A stretch of 64,000 nucleotides of DNA from an uncultured Clostridia bacterium (GCA_934757825.1 CAKVLP010000001.1:366869-430868), one strand, 5' to 3'. Positions 17,182 to 26,021 are shown, counted from the first letter of the stretch. The notes: generated by a model not told the origin, from the sequence alone. Numbers and translations are program-made.

Positions 17182-18090
17182 ATGTTTGATATAACAATAA
17201 TTGGCAGTGGGGTGGCAGGAATGACTGCTGCCCTTTATGCTTTGCGAGGTGACAAAAGCGTGCTTGTGCTAGAGCGTGAAACCTACGGCGGACAGATCGC
17301 CAAGTCGCCAAAAGTGGAAAATTACCCTACCATTAAGAGCATCTCGGGCTACGAACTTAGCGACAAAATGTACGAGCAGATAATCGACCTTGGCGCAAAT
17401 TTCGAACTTGAAGAGGTCGAAAAACTCGAAAAGGACGGAGATATATTTAAAATAACCACCGATTATCACACATACGAGTCGAAAAGTGTGGTTATTGCCA
17501 ACGGTGTAAAGCCAAGAATGTTGGGGCTAAATAGGGAAGACGAGTTGCTAGGCAAGGGCGTGTACTATTGCGCCATTTGCGACGGTCCATTCTATAAGGG
17601 CAAAGACGTTGTTTTGGTGGGTGACGGCAACAGCGCTATGCAGTACGCGCTACTTCTAGCCGGATTTTGCCATAAGGTAACAATGGTCACAATGTTTGAT
17701 ATGTTCTTCGGCGAAAAAGCGCTTGAAGAAGCAGTGAGAAATAACAAAAAAATTGAAATTATCCCGAATGCGGTCGCTAGCAAGTTGATTGGCGAGGAGT
17801 CGCTTGAAAAGGTTGAGTTTAAAAGGACTGATGGCTCAACATTCGAGATAGCCACCCCTGCACTTTTTGTTGCGATTGGTCAGGTGTCAGACAACGATAA
17901 GTTTAAGGATTTGGTCGACTTAGATAATGCCGGCTATATTTTGGCGGACGAAAGTTGCACCACCAAGACCGCTGGGCTTTTTGTCGCTGGGGATTGCCGT
18001 GCGAAAAGGGTTAGACAGGTCGCAACCGCAGTAGGCGACGGTGCAGTGGCTGGCACGCAAGCGGTTAATTATGTAAATTCGCTTAAATAG
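17182..18090 (+). CDS. trxB: low-Mr thioredoxin reductase homologue, atypical pyridine-nucleotide site
   Basis: FAD motif IIGSGVAGMTAA, redox-active CAICDG, second GxGxxA (GDGNSA), C-terminal GDCR...AVGDGAVAG. The HRRxxxR motif is replaced by TMFDMFF. Confidence 0.8.
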   Translation: MFDITIIGSGVAGMTAALYALRGDKSVLVLERETYGGQIAKSPKVENYPTIKSISGYELSDKMYEQIIDLGANFELEEVEKLEKDGDIFKITTDYHTYESKSVVIANGVKPRMLGLNREDELLGKGVYYCAICDGPFYKGKDVVLVGDGNSAMQYALLLAGFCHKVTMVTMFDMFFGEKALEEAVRNNKKIEIIPNAVASKLIGEESLEKVEFKRTDGSTFEIATPALFVAIGQVSDNDKFKDLVDLDNAGYILADESCTTKTAGLFVAGDCRAKRVRQVATAVGDGAVAGTQAVNYVNSLK

Positions 18091-18098
18091 GAAAAATT

Positions 18099-18782
18099 AT
18101 GAAAATATATGGATTAGAAAAGTTGTCAATGGTCGATTTCGGAAGCCTTTGCTCCGCAGTGATTTTCACGGGCGGGTGCAATTTTAGGTGCCCGTTTTGC
18201 CACAACTCTGGACTTGTGAATTTGGACGTAACTCCGCTTGACGAACAAGAGGTTTTTGATTATCTAATCTCTCGAAAAAAACTACTCGACGGCGTAGTTG
18301 TTAGCGGAGGCGAGCCTACACTTTATCCCGATTTGCCCGAGTTTATTAAAAAAATTAAGGATTTGGGATATAAAATAAAACTCGACACCAATGGCACAAA
18401 CTATGCGATGCTAAAAAAACTAATTGACGAAAAACTTGTGGATTTTGTGGCTATGGACATTAAAAACTCGCTTGAAATGTATCCGCTCACTGCGGGCACA
18501 ACTTGTGGGCAAGAGGATATTGTAAAAAGCATAGAACTTTTGAAAACCAACGTGGTTGACTACGAATTTCGCACAACTCTTGTGGACGGTTTGCATACTA
18601 ATGCGTCCATTAAAGAAATGGGCGAAATTGTTAAGGGCGCTAAAAAAATGTATCTTCAAAAATTTGTCGATAATGGAACAACAATAAAAGGCGGTTTAAA
18701 AGAAGTGCCAAAAGACAAAGCCGAGGAATATAAAAATATCCTTTCAAATTATGTGACCTCTGTTTCCCTCCGCGGATACTAA
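18099..18782 (+). CDS. nrdG: anaerobic ribonucleotide reductase activating protein (radical SAM)
   Basis: CxxxCxxC cluster in GGCNFRCPFCHN, SAM-binding GGEPTL. 227 aa, directly downstream of nrdD and the trxB-like gene. Confidence 0.85.
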   Translation: MKIYGLEKLSMVDFGSLCSAVIFTGGCNFRCPFCHNSGLVNLDVTPLDEQEVFDYLISRKKLLDGVVVSGGEPTLYPDLPEFIKKIKDLGYKIKLDTNGTNYAMLKKLIDEKLVDFVAMDIKNSLEMYPLTAGTTCGQEDIVKSIELLKTNVVDYEFRTTLVDGLHTNASIKEMGEIVKGAKKMYLQKFVDNGTTIKGGLKEVPKDKAEEYKNILSNYVTSVSLRGY

Positions 18783-18910
18783 CACCTCACTTGGGACATT
18801 AAAACTTTGATAAGGTCTATACGTAAAAAAGACCTTATATAACAAAACTAATTAACGCTATCAAGTCTTGCAGAAAAAAATTTTTATATTAAATGTTTAA
18901 AATAATAAAT

Positions 18911-18947
18911 AAAAAACTTTGTAGGTTATGCAAAGTTTTTTCTTTTG
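18911..18947. terminator. hairpin/terminator, copy A of a second duplicated hairpin
   Basis: A-run, CTTTGTA-ggtta-TGCAAAG (one U-G pair), T-run. Confidence 0.5.
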
Positions 18948-19079
18948 TAACAAACTTGAAAATTTTTTAATTTACAATTAACACAATTATCATTTAAACA
19001 AATCGTAACTATACTCATCTTGTTGATTTGACTTGTACGCTCTTTCTTTGTTATCATAAAAACAAGATAAGGAAGAGTT

Positions 19080-19442
19080 ATGAAAATTAAAGATTGGGAA
19101 AAGTATGTAACTGAAAAATATGGTGCAGTAAAAGTAACAGAATTCGACGATTTAAAAAACTATTTAAGTGACCAGCGAAACTATGCACACAATTTTACAC
19201 CAGAGGAAATCACGGAAACAGAGATTATGAACGATGAATATTATGGCGCATACATTTTCGATGAAAATAAAATCGCTGGCAGAGAAGTGATAACCAAATA
19301 TGAATCTTGTTGGAATAGATTGATTGTTGTATTGGCATCAGATGATAAGGTCAATATTTCAAACTATTGTATTAATGCTGCTGGTGGTTTAACCGATGAG
19401 GAAAGTAGCAGGTTCTATAATGACATTAACCCATTAAAATGA
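19080..19442 (+). CDS. hypothetical cytoplasmic protein (120 aa)
   Basis: RBS AAGGAAGAG. Acidic, no TM segment or signal peptide. No family recognised. Bracketed by the duplicated hairpins. Confidence 0.55.
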   Translation: MKIKDWEKYVTEKYGAVKVTEFDDLKNYLSDQRNYAHNFTPEEITETEIMNDEYYGAYIFDENKIAGREVITKYESCWNRLIVVLASDDKVNISNYCINAAGGLTDEESSRFYNDINPLK

Positions 19443-19448
19443 TTGTGT

Positions 19449-19487
19449 AAAAAAAACTTTGCAGGTTATGCAAAGTTTTTTTGTCAT
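19449..19487. terminator. bidirectional intrinsic terminator, copy B of the second duplicated hairpin
   Basis: A-run, perfect CTTTGCA-ggtta-TGCAAAG, T-run. Lies between the convergent genes ending at 19442 and 19503. Confidence 0.65.
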
Positions 19488-19502
19488 CTTTTAGAGAGTT
19501 TG

Positions 19503-19946
19503 TTATTTGTTTCTTGCTTCTCTAACTGGTGTACGATTAAGTTTTGCGTTGATGTTTCCCACGCAGAAAATAACGATACTAAGAATGTTGATTGCAAGAA
19601 TGTTGCCCACCTCAAATAGGTAAAGAGATAGGTCGCCAGTTGGTATAAGGCCGTTGTTGATGGTAAGGCGAGCGTACAACACAAAGCATACTATCACAAC
19701 TCCAACCGTCAAAGCGTATAGAATAAATCCAGCAATGTAGGTTGAAGCGCCCATATACAAGCTTACGCAATCGTATATCACAACCGCAACAAGTAGTCCA
19801 GCAAGTGCGATATAACAAATCCTAACCCATAGCGCCACGTTGGTTCGAAGTAGCCCGATAATAAGCGTTACAACAAGTGCAAGCATAATTAGGACGCACC
19901 CAAAATAGGCGATGGTTAGCAAGGTTTTGTTGGCGTTGGTTTTCAT
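19503..19946 (-). CDS. polytopic membrane protein (about 4 TM), unknown function
   Basis: Start moved to ATG 19946 (MKTNANK) behind AAGGAGGA. Four long hydrophobic segments. The longer ORF-track start lacks an RBS. Confidence 0.6.
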   Translation of the reverse strand: MKTNANKTLLTIAYFGCVLIMLALVVTLIIGLLRTNVALWVRICYIALAGLLVAVVIYDCVSLYMGASTYIAGFILYALTVGVVIVCFVLYARLTINNGLIPTGDLSLYLFEVGNILAINILSIVIFCVGNINAKLNRTPVREARNK

Positions 19947-20092
19947 TTTAATCCTCCTTAAAAACAATTTTGTTATTATATTTTTTGCAAAATTTGTCGG
20001 AATATACATCTTGCAAAACACTTAATAGTGTTGTCAAACTATTGACTTAAAATGATATTTGGTATAATATAGTTTTGTTTTTAGGAGGACGT

Positions 20093-21055
20093 ATGTGGGA
20101 AGCGATACTCGATGCAATACTCGACGCACTTAAAGTATTTCCAATATTGCTACTTTGCTATGTTTTGATAGAACTCATTGAGTTAAAAACTGCAAAATCA
20201 CTGCAAAATAGCCGATTTTTGAAGGGGAAATTTGCCCCTTTGTTTGGCGCAGGTGTTGGGCTTGTTCCGCAGTGTGGATTTTCGGTTATTGCAACCGATT
20301 TGTACACTAAAAAATCGCTTTCGCTTGGCACGCTTATGGCAATCTATATTGCGACTAGCGACGAAGCAATCCCAATACTTTTGTCCAATTCGTATAGCGC
20401 GGGCAAATTGTGGCTAATACTACTTATCAAATTTGGTCTTGCAATTGTTGTGGGCTACTCGGTTATGCTACTAGGCCATTTTGTAAAACCGAAACAAGAT
20501 TACATCGAAAAAATTGAATATATTGACGATAAAAAGTCGTCGAAAATAAATGTGACTGATAGTGATTGCGAACATGATTACTTGATGGGCGAGATGAACG
20601 CCCCAGATGGAGAGCACCACACAGGCTGCTGCGGCCACGAGATAGAAGAAGAGGGTGGGAAACTTACATTTTGGCAGTTTATAAAACATCCGCTTTTGCA
20701 TAGCGCAAGGATTTTTGCATTTATCCTTGGCATAAACCTTGTGGTCGGACTGCTAGTTTATTTCATAACCGAGGACGCAATTTTATCTTTTCTAAACACC
20801 ACAACTTGGCTTCAACCGATTTTTGCGGGGTTAGTTGGGCTTATCCCAAACTGTGCATCTAGCGTGGTTATTAGCAAATTTTTTGCAATGGGTGGGCTTA
20901 CACTTGGCGCGTGCGTGGCAGGGCTTTCCGCCAACGCAGGTCTTGGACTAATGATGCTTATAAAACAAAACAAAAACAGAAAACAAACCATTTTGATTAT
21001 CCTATCGCTATATTTAATAAGTGTAGTTGCGGGATATATAATCACTTTAATATAG
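20093..21055 (+). CDS. polytopic membrane protein resembling the putative 10-TM heavy-metal exporter (ArsP_2-like) family
   Basis: Start at ATG 20093 behind AGGAGG. N-terminus MWEAILDAILDALKVFPILLL. Two hydrophobic halves separated by a His/Cys/Glu-rich loop (DSDCEHDYLMGEMNAPDGEHHTGCCGHEIEEEGG). Confidence 0.5.
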   Translation: MWEAILDAILDALKVFPILLLCYVLIELIELKTAKSLQNSRFLKGKFAPLFGAGVGLVPQCGFSVIATDLYTKKSLSLGTLMAIYIATSDEAIPILLSNSYSAGKLWLILLIKFGLAIVVGYSVMLLGHFVKPKQDYIEKIEYIDDKKSSKINVTDSDCEHDYLMGEMNAPDGEHHTGCCGHEIEEEGGKLTFWQFIKHPLLHSARIFAFILGINLVVGLLVYFITEDAILSFLNTTTWLQPIFAGLVGLIPNCASSVVISKFFAMGGLTLGACVAGLSANAGLGLMMLIKQNKNRKQTILIILSLYLISVVAGYIITLI

Positions 21056-21064
21056 GAGGAAAAC

Positions 21065-21601
21065 GTGGAAAGGTTGTTGCTACATAGTTGTTGTGGTCCT
21101 TGCAGTAGCGGGGTGCTGGACCAACTTACCGCAAACTACGACGTGACCGTTTATTTTTACAATCCCAATATCTACCCTGAGGAAGAATATCTAAAAAGGG
21201 CTAAGGCTCAAAGCGATTTCTTGACTCAAATGGGCATATCGTGTGTGATAGAAGACTATCACCCCGAAGAATACGAGGCTGTTGTTAAGGGCTTAGAAAA
21301 CCAACCCGAAGGCGGAAATAGATGCCTAAAATGCTTCGAACTTCGCCTTGAAAAAACCGCTAAGTATGCAAAACAAAAAGGCTACGATATATTTACTACG
21401 ACCCTGTCGGTTAGCCCACATAAGGACTACATTGCCATAAACAAAATAGGCAAGGCGATGGAAGAAAAATATGGTGTTAAATTCTTGGAAGCCAATTTCA
21501 AGAAAAATGACGGATATTTAAAGAGTATCCAGAACAGCAAAAAATATGGCATCTATCGTCAAAACTATTGTGGGTGTAAATATTCACTTCCAAAAAAATA
21601 A
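21065..21601 (+). CDS. queH: epoxyqueuosine reductase QueH (DUF208)
   Basis: GTG start behind AGGAGG. LLHSCCGPCS near the N-terminus and NYCGCKYS near the C-terminus, the conserved QueH cysteines. 178 aa. Confidence 0.8.
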   Translation: MERLLLHSCCGPCSSGVLDQLTANYDVTVYFYNPNIYPEEEYLKRAKAQSDFLTQMGISCVIEDYHPEEYEAVVKGLENQPEGGNRCLKCFELRLEKTAKYAKQKGYDIFTTTLSVSPHKDYIAINKIGKAMEEKYGVKFLEANFKKNDGYLKSIQNSKKYGIYRQNYCGCKYSLPKK

Positions 21602-21629
21602 AAACCATACAATTTTGTATGGTTTTTTT
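21602..21629. terminator. bidirectional terminator between convergent queH and uppP
   Basis: ACCATACA-attt-TGTATGGT flanked by an A-run and a T-run. The two stop codons are only 26 nt apart. Confidence 0.7.
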
Positions 21630-22527
21630 AAAACACAAATTTAATAAACAATATTACAAAAACTAGGGCAAGTAGATAATATGAAAAATAACTTAGTTTT
21701 TGTTTTTTTACAACTTTCATAAGTAGCCCTATGCTTAATATTCCTACAAAGAAACTTACTAAGCACGCTACGATTAACGACCCCGTGCCAATGTAAAGAC
21801 CTGCACCATTTACTTTTACTAGTGCTAGTATTAGCGACCCGACAATGGTAGGAATGCTTAGTAGAAAGGAAAATGTTGTGACTTCGCTTTTGTCACATTT
21901 AAGCATAAGCCCCGTCGCAATTGTGCTCCCGCTTCGGCTTATTCCAGGAAAACACGCTAGCCCTTGTGCCAATCCAATTACTATTGCTTGCCAGTAATTT
22001 ATGTCAATATTTGTGATGTCGCCACTTACTTTTAGCATTGGATTGGAGTGGATTATTGTGTTGTCTTTAGTCGTAATCTTCGGGGCGTTTAATGCGGATA
22101 AGTTTGAGTTATTTGCCGACGCGAGTGTGGTTTTTGACAATAACGCCCGCTTTTCTGACAAATAGTCGGCAATTCCCAAAAGTAGTGCTGTTATGATAAA
22201 TCCGAATAAAATAAAGTTTAGATTAAACGAACCTTCAATAAAAGTTTTTAAAACAAGCGCAAGTATCACAGTGGGGATAGTGGCTACGACAAGCAATTTA
22301 TTGGTTTTGCAAAGAGGGTGTTTTATAAGGTTTAGGATATCCTTTCTATAAACATATAGGATTGAGCAGAGAGTGGTTACGTGCAAAAAGATTGTTAGCA
22401 CTAGCGTGTCGCCCGTGATGTTAAAAAGTTGGTACACTAACACCAAGTGACCGCTACTGCTTATTGGTAAAAATTCGGCGACGCCTTGCACGAAGCCTAT
22501 TACGATTGCATTAAAAAAATTTAACAT
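21628..22527 (-). CDS. uppP: undecaprenyl-diphosphate phosphatase
   Basis: Signature motifs VAEFLPISSSGHL and FPGISRSGSTI. Multi-pass membrane protein. Contains an extra hydrophilic loop (aa ~127-177). Confidence 0.85.
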   Translation of the reverse strand: MLNFFNAIVIGFVQGVAEFLPISSSGHLVLVYQLFNITGDTLVLTIFLHVTTLCSILYVYRKDILNLIKHPLCKTNKLLVVATIPTVILALVLKTFIEGSFNLNFILFGFIITALLLGIADYLSEKRALLSKTTLASANNSNLSALNAPKITTKDNTIIHSNPMLKVSGDITNIDINYWQAIVIGLAQGLACFPGISRSGSTIATGLMLKCDKSEVTTFSFLLSIPTIVGSLILALVKVNGAGLYIGTGSLIVACLVSFFVGILSIGLLMKVVKKQKLSYFSYYLLALVFVILFIKFVF

Positions 22528-22711
22528 AATTTCACCTTTTTAACATTTTATTACTTGCCCCTACAAAGTATTACAAATTTCGACTAATTGCGGGCAAAGT
22601 ACAAGGTTATAGTAATTTATTGTCCCCAAAAGATTAAAAAATACTTTTAATTACTTTACTAATGTTGTATAATCTAAAAGTAACAAAATAAGCAATATAA
22701 AAGGACAAAAA

Positions 22712-23806
22712 ATGAAACTAGGAGTTGTAGGTCTTCCAAACGTTGGAAAAAGTACATTATTTAACGCAATCACTAAAAATAGCATTCCGAGCGAGAACTA
22801 TCCGTTTTGCACAATCGAGCCAAACACAGGCGTTGTTGCTGTGCCAGACGATAGGCTAATAAAACTTGCCGAAATGTATAACACCAAAAAGGTTACGCCA
22901 GCCACAATTGAATTTGTGGATATCGCGGGGCTTGTAAAGGGCGCATCAAAAGGCGAAGGGCTTGGAAACAAATTTTTAAGTCATATAAGAGAGACTGATG
23001 CAATTGTGCATGTGGTTAGGTGTTTTGAAAATTCTAAGATAATTCACGTTGACGGCAACATCGACCCCATAAGGGATATTGAAGAGATAAATATGGAACT
23101 TATCCTTGCCGACTTAGAGAGTGTTGTCAAAAGATTGGAGCGGGTGTCAAAAGGCGTAAAAGCGGGCGACAAAACCGCTGTTAAGGAAATGGCGCTTCTT
23201 GAAAAACTAAGGACACTACTCGAACAAGAAAAGCCAGTTAGAAGTTATCTGGCAACCGAGGAAGAACGCGATATGATTAAGGGCTTTTTCCTAATAACCA
23301 GCAAGCCAGTTATATACTGCGCAAATGTTAGCGAGGAGCAAATTCGTAATCAAAACTCCGACGAAAACATTGCAAAAGTAAGAAACTATGCTGTTTTGGA
23401 TAATGCCGAGAGTATAGTTGTTTGCGCAAAAATTGAGGAGGAATTATCCCAACTTGGCGACGACGAACTTGAAATGTTTAAGGAAGAACTTGGGCTAGAA
23501 GAGTTTGGTCTTGGTCAACTAATTGTCGCAAGTTATAGGCTACTAGGGCTAATAAGTTATCTTACAGCGGGCGAGCCAGAAGTTAGGGCTTGGACGATAA
23601 GGCGTGGCACCAAAGCACCTCAGGCAGCGGGCAAAATTCACACCGATTTCGAAAAAGGTTTTATTAAAGCCGAGGTTGTTTCGTATAACGACCTAATCGA
23701 AGCGGGTGGAATGACACAAGCCAAAGAAAAGGGCAAAGTGCGCATTGAGGGCAAAGATTATGTGGTGCAAGACGGCGACGTAATGCTATTTAGATTTAAT
23801 GTATAA
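22712..23806 (+). CDS. ychF: ribosome-binding ATPase YchF
   Basis: P-loop GLPNVGKSTLFNA, 364 aa, C-terminal YchF/TGS-like FIKAEVVSYNDL...DGDVMLFRFNV. Confidence 0.9.
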   Translation: MKLGVVGLPNVGKSTLFNAITKNSIPSENYPFCTIEPNTGVVAVPDDRLIKLAEMYNTKKVTPATIEFVDIAGLVKGASKGEGLGNKFLSHIRETDAIVHVVRCFENSKIIHVDGNIDPIRDIEEINMELILADLESVVKRLERVSKGVKAGDKTAVKEMALLEKLRTLLEQEKPVRSYLATEEERDMIKGFFLITSKPVIYCANVSEEQIRNQNSDENIAKVRNYAVLDNAESIVVCAKIEEELSQLGDDELEMFKEELGLEEFGLGQLIVASYRLLGLISYLTAGEPEVRAWTIRRGTKAPQAAGKIHTDFEKGFIKAEVVSYNDLIEAGGMTQAKEKGKVRIEGKDYVVQDGDVMLFRFNV

Positions 23807-23817
23807 GGAGAACAATA

Positions 23818-24345
23818 ATGGAAACAAAATATAACACTCCCAACGAACTTAATCTTAAAGTAACTGGTGTCAACAATCAAGTTTTGATTAACGAGGAATG
23901 TTGTACATCTATAAACATAATTTTGCGAAACGACGGGCAAATCCAAACAAGTTTTTTGGGCGCCCATAACCCCGAGATTTTGCACAACTTGGAAAAGGCA
24001 ATGAAAGCATATTTTAAGGGAATTAAGAAAACCCTTAAAGCGCATTTTGTGGAACTTGACGAAGAAGAGTGTCACGACAAATGTTGTCACGAGCACGAAG
24101 ATATTGAGAACGACAAGAAAAACTGCTGTTGCCATAGTCACGACGAGGCTTGCGATGGGCAAAATAAAGACGATTTTAAGCAGTCGGAAGAATGTTGTGG
24201 CGACAAAAAAGATAAAAATTGTTGTCAAAAAGAAGAAAAACACGGCGAGTGCTGTCAAGGCAAAAAGGGCAGTAATTGCAAGGGCGAAGGCAAACACGGC
24301 TCAAAACCAAAAGTAGGCAAAAGCGGAAAGAAAAAGGAAAAATAA
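23818..24345 (+). CDS. Cys/His-rich protein (possible metal-binding protein)
   Basis: RBS AAGGAGAA. About 80-aa ordinary N-terminal domain followed by a ~95-aa tail with about 17 Cys, mostly as CC/CCC next to His/Glu/Lys (ECHDKCCHEHED, NCCCHSHDEAC, ECCGD, NCCQKE, ECCQGKKGSNC), ending in a Lys-rich tail. Confidence 0.65.
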   Translation: METKYNTPNELNLKVTGVNNQVLINEECCTSINIILRNDGQIQTSFLGAHNPEILHNLEKAMKAYFKGIKKTLKAHFVELDEEECHDKCCHEHEDIENDKKNCCCHSHDEACDGQNKDDFKQSEECCGDKKDKNCCQKEEKHGECCQGKKGSNCKGEGKHGSKPKVGKSGKKKEK

Positions 24346-24347
24346 AA

Positions 24348-25400
24348 ATGGCTAAAAAGGTTTTACTAGGAATGAGCGGAGGCGTGGATAGTAGCGTGTC
24401 TGCTGTGTTACTTATGGAGCAAGGCTACGAAGTAGTGGGCGTTACGATGCGACTTTACGACGACCCTAAAAAATGCGTCGCCGACCCTTCGATTGACGCA
24501 AAAAAAATGTGCGATTTTCTCCATATTCCGCATTATACACTTGACCTTACTCACGAGTTTCACAATTGCGTGATTAAGGATTTTATCGAAAGTTATGCTA
24601 GCGCGAGGACACCTAATCCTTGCGTGGAATGCAACAAATATATGAAGTTTGGGTTAATGTACAGCAAAGCAAAAGAGCTTGGCTGTGACTACTTCGCCAC
24701 AGGACATTACGCCAACGTTGAATATGACGCCAGATATGGCAAAACGGTTCTAAAAAAAGCCGACTCCGAGCGAAAAGACCAAAGTTATGTGCTTTACACA
24801 ATGCCACAAAAATTGTTAGACAAAGTGCTTTTCCCGCTTGGAAAATTTCATAATAAGGAAGAAATTAGGAAGATTGCTCACGAGCACAACCTTCCCGTTG
24901 CGTCCAAGCCGGATAGCGAGGATATTTGCTTTATCCCCGACGGCGACTACGCAAGGTTTTTGGAGGAAAACTCGGACATCTCGGCAAAACCGGGCGACAT
25001 TGTGCTAAACGGCAAAGTTGTTGGCAAGCACACTGGACTATATCACTACACAATCGGTCAGCGAAAGGGCATAGGCGTAACTCACGCCACCCCGCTATAC
25101 GTAATCGGATTTGATGTTAGGAAAAACCAACTTATCGTTGGAGAGGAAAAGGACTTATACAAAAACGAGATGATTGTAAAAGACCTAAACTTCTTAATTG
25201 ACTTTGATCACTCAAAACCGCTAGAAGTCAACACAAAAATTCGCTATCAAAGTAAGGATAACCCTGGCGCAATCGAGTTTTTGGACGACGAGACAGTTAA
25301 GGTCAACTTTGCTCACCCCGTTGCGCGCGTTACCCCTGGACAATCGGCTGTGTTTTATGTGGACGACGTTGTTATCGGTGGCGGAAAAATTGTGAAATAA
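24348..25400 (+). CDS. mnmA: tRNA 2-thiouridine(34) synthase
   Basis: Start moved to ATG 24348 (MAKKVLLGMSGGVDSS PP-loop). NPCVECNKYMKF catalytic Cys region. The ORF-track extension reads through the Lys-rich tail of the upstream gene. Confidence 0.9.
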   Translation: MAKKVLLGMSGGVDSSVSAVLLMEQGYEVVGVTMRLYDDPKKCVADPSIDAKKMCDFLHIPHYTLDLTHEFHNCVIKDFIESYASARTPNPCVECNKYMKFGLMYSKAKELGCDYFATGHYANVEYDARYGKTVLKKADSERKDQSYVLYTMPQKLLDKVLFPLGKFHNKEEIRKIAHEHNLPVASKPDSEDICFIPDGDYARFLEENSDISAKPGDIVLNGKVVGKHTGLYHYTIGQRKGIGVTHATPLYVIGFDVRKNQLIVGEEKDLYKNEMIVKDLNFLIDFDHSKPLEVNTKIRYQSKDNPGAIEFLDDETVKVNFAHPVARVTPGQSAVFYVDDVVIGGGKIVK

Positions 25401-25470
25401 ACAAAATGCAATAAAAAACCATAGAAAAGTATAAAAATCTATGATATAATAAATTACGGAGGAAAAGAAA

Positions 25471-25968
25471 ATGTTTAAAAAATTACGCGATACAATTATT
25501 CAATTAAACTCGGACGTTAACAATGTTGCAAATTGCGAAAAAGCAAAAAAGTTGAGGAAAAAACTAATGACTATTGGTCTTATTTTGACCATAATCGGCG
25601 GTCTTGGCGTATTTGGTTGTTTTGCTGGATTTGCAATCTCAGAAATGAGTTTTGGAAAAAGTGCTAGCGTGGGAATACCTACTGGGACTATCGTTTGCTT
25701 TATATTGTTTTTGCCATTTGGTGCAATACTTGGAATTGGCAGTTCGATATTGTCGCTTGCATTGAAAATTGTTATCACTGGCTACACCACAAACCTAATT
25801 GACGAAACAGTCGGCAACAACTGCCCAAAATGTGGCGCAGATATTGCTGTTGGCGCAAGTTTTTGTGCAAAATGCGGTGCCAAAATCGTTAAGGAATGCC
25901 CAAATTGTAAACACGTTAGTTCGCACAAGTCTGCTTTCTGCGAAAAGTGCGGAACAAAACTAGACTAA
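25471..25968 (+). CDS. membrane protein with C-terminal double zinc ribbon
   Basis: RBS GGAGGAAAAG. Two to three TM helices, then CPKCG...CAKCG...CPNC...CEKCG. Confidence 0.6.
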   Translation: MFKKLRDTIIQLNSDVNNVANCEKAKKLRKKLMTIGLILTIIGGLGVFGCFAGFAISEMSFGKSASVGIPTGTIVCFILFLPFGAILGIGSSILSLALKIVITGYTTNLIDETVGNNCPKCGADIAVGASFCAKCGAKIVKECPNCKHVSSHKSAFCEKCGTKLD

Positions 25969-25987
25969 TTGTTTCTTAAAATTGAAC

Positions 25988-26021
25988 AAAAAAAATAACC
26001 CTTGAATAGGGTTATTTTTTT
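25988..26021. terminator. bidirectional intrinsic terminator
   Basis: A-run, ATAACCC-ttgaata-GGGTTAT, T-run. Lies between convergent genes ending at 25968 and 26020. Confidence 0.7.

Noticed and set aside
18820-18850. Hairpin ATAAGGTCT-atacgtaaaa-AGACCTTAT after nrdG, considered as its terminator.
   Set aside because: No T-run follows it on the + strand, so its termination function is uncertain. The A/T-flanked hairpin at 18911-18947 is the better candidate.
23758-24345. 179-aa minus-strand ORF and 89-aa alternative-frame + ORF (24047-24316) overlapping the Cys-rich gene. Also the long N-terminal extension of mnmA starting at 24276.
   Set aside because: They are products of purine-rich low-complexity DNA, which stays open in several frames. 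Only the frame with the AAGGAG RBS at about 23806 and a normal N-terminal domain is credible. MnmA homology begins at 24348.
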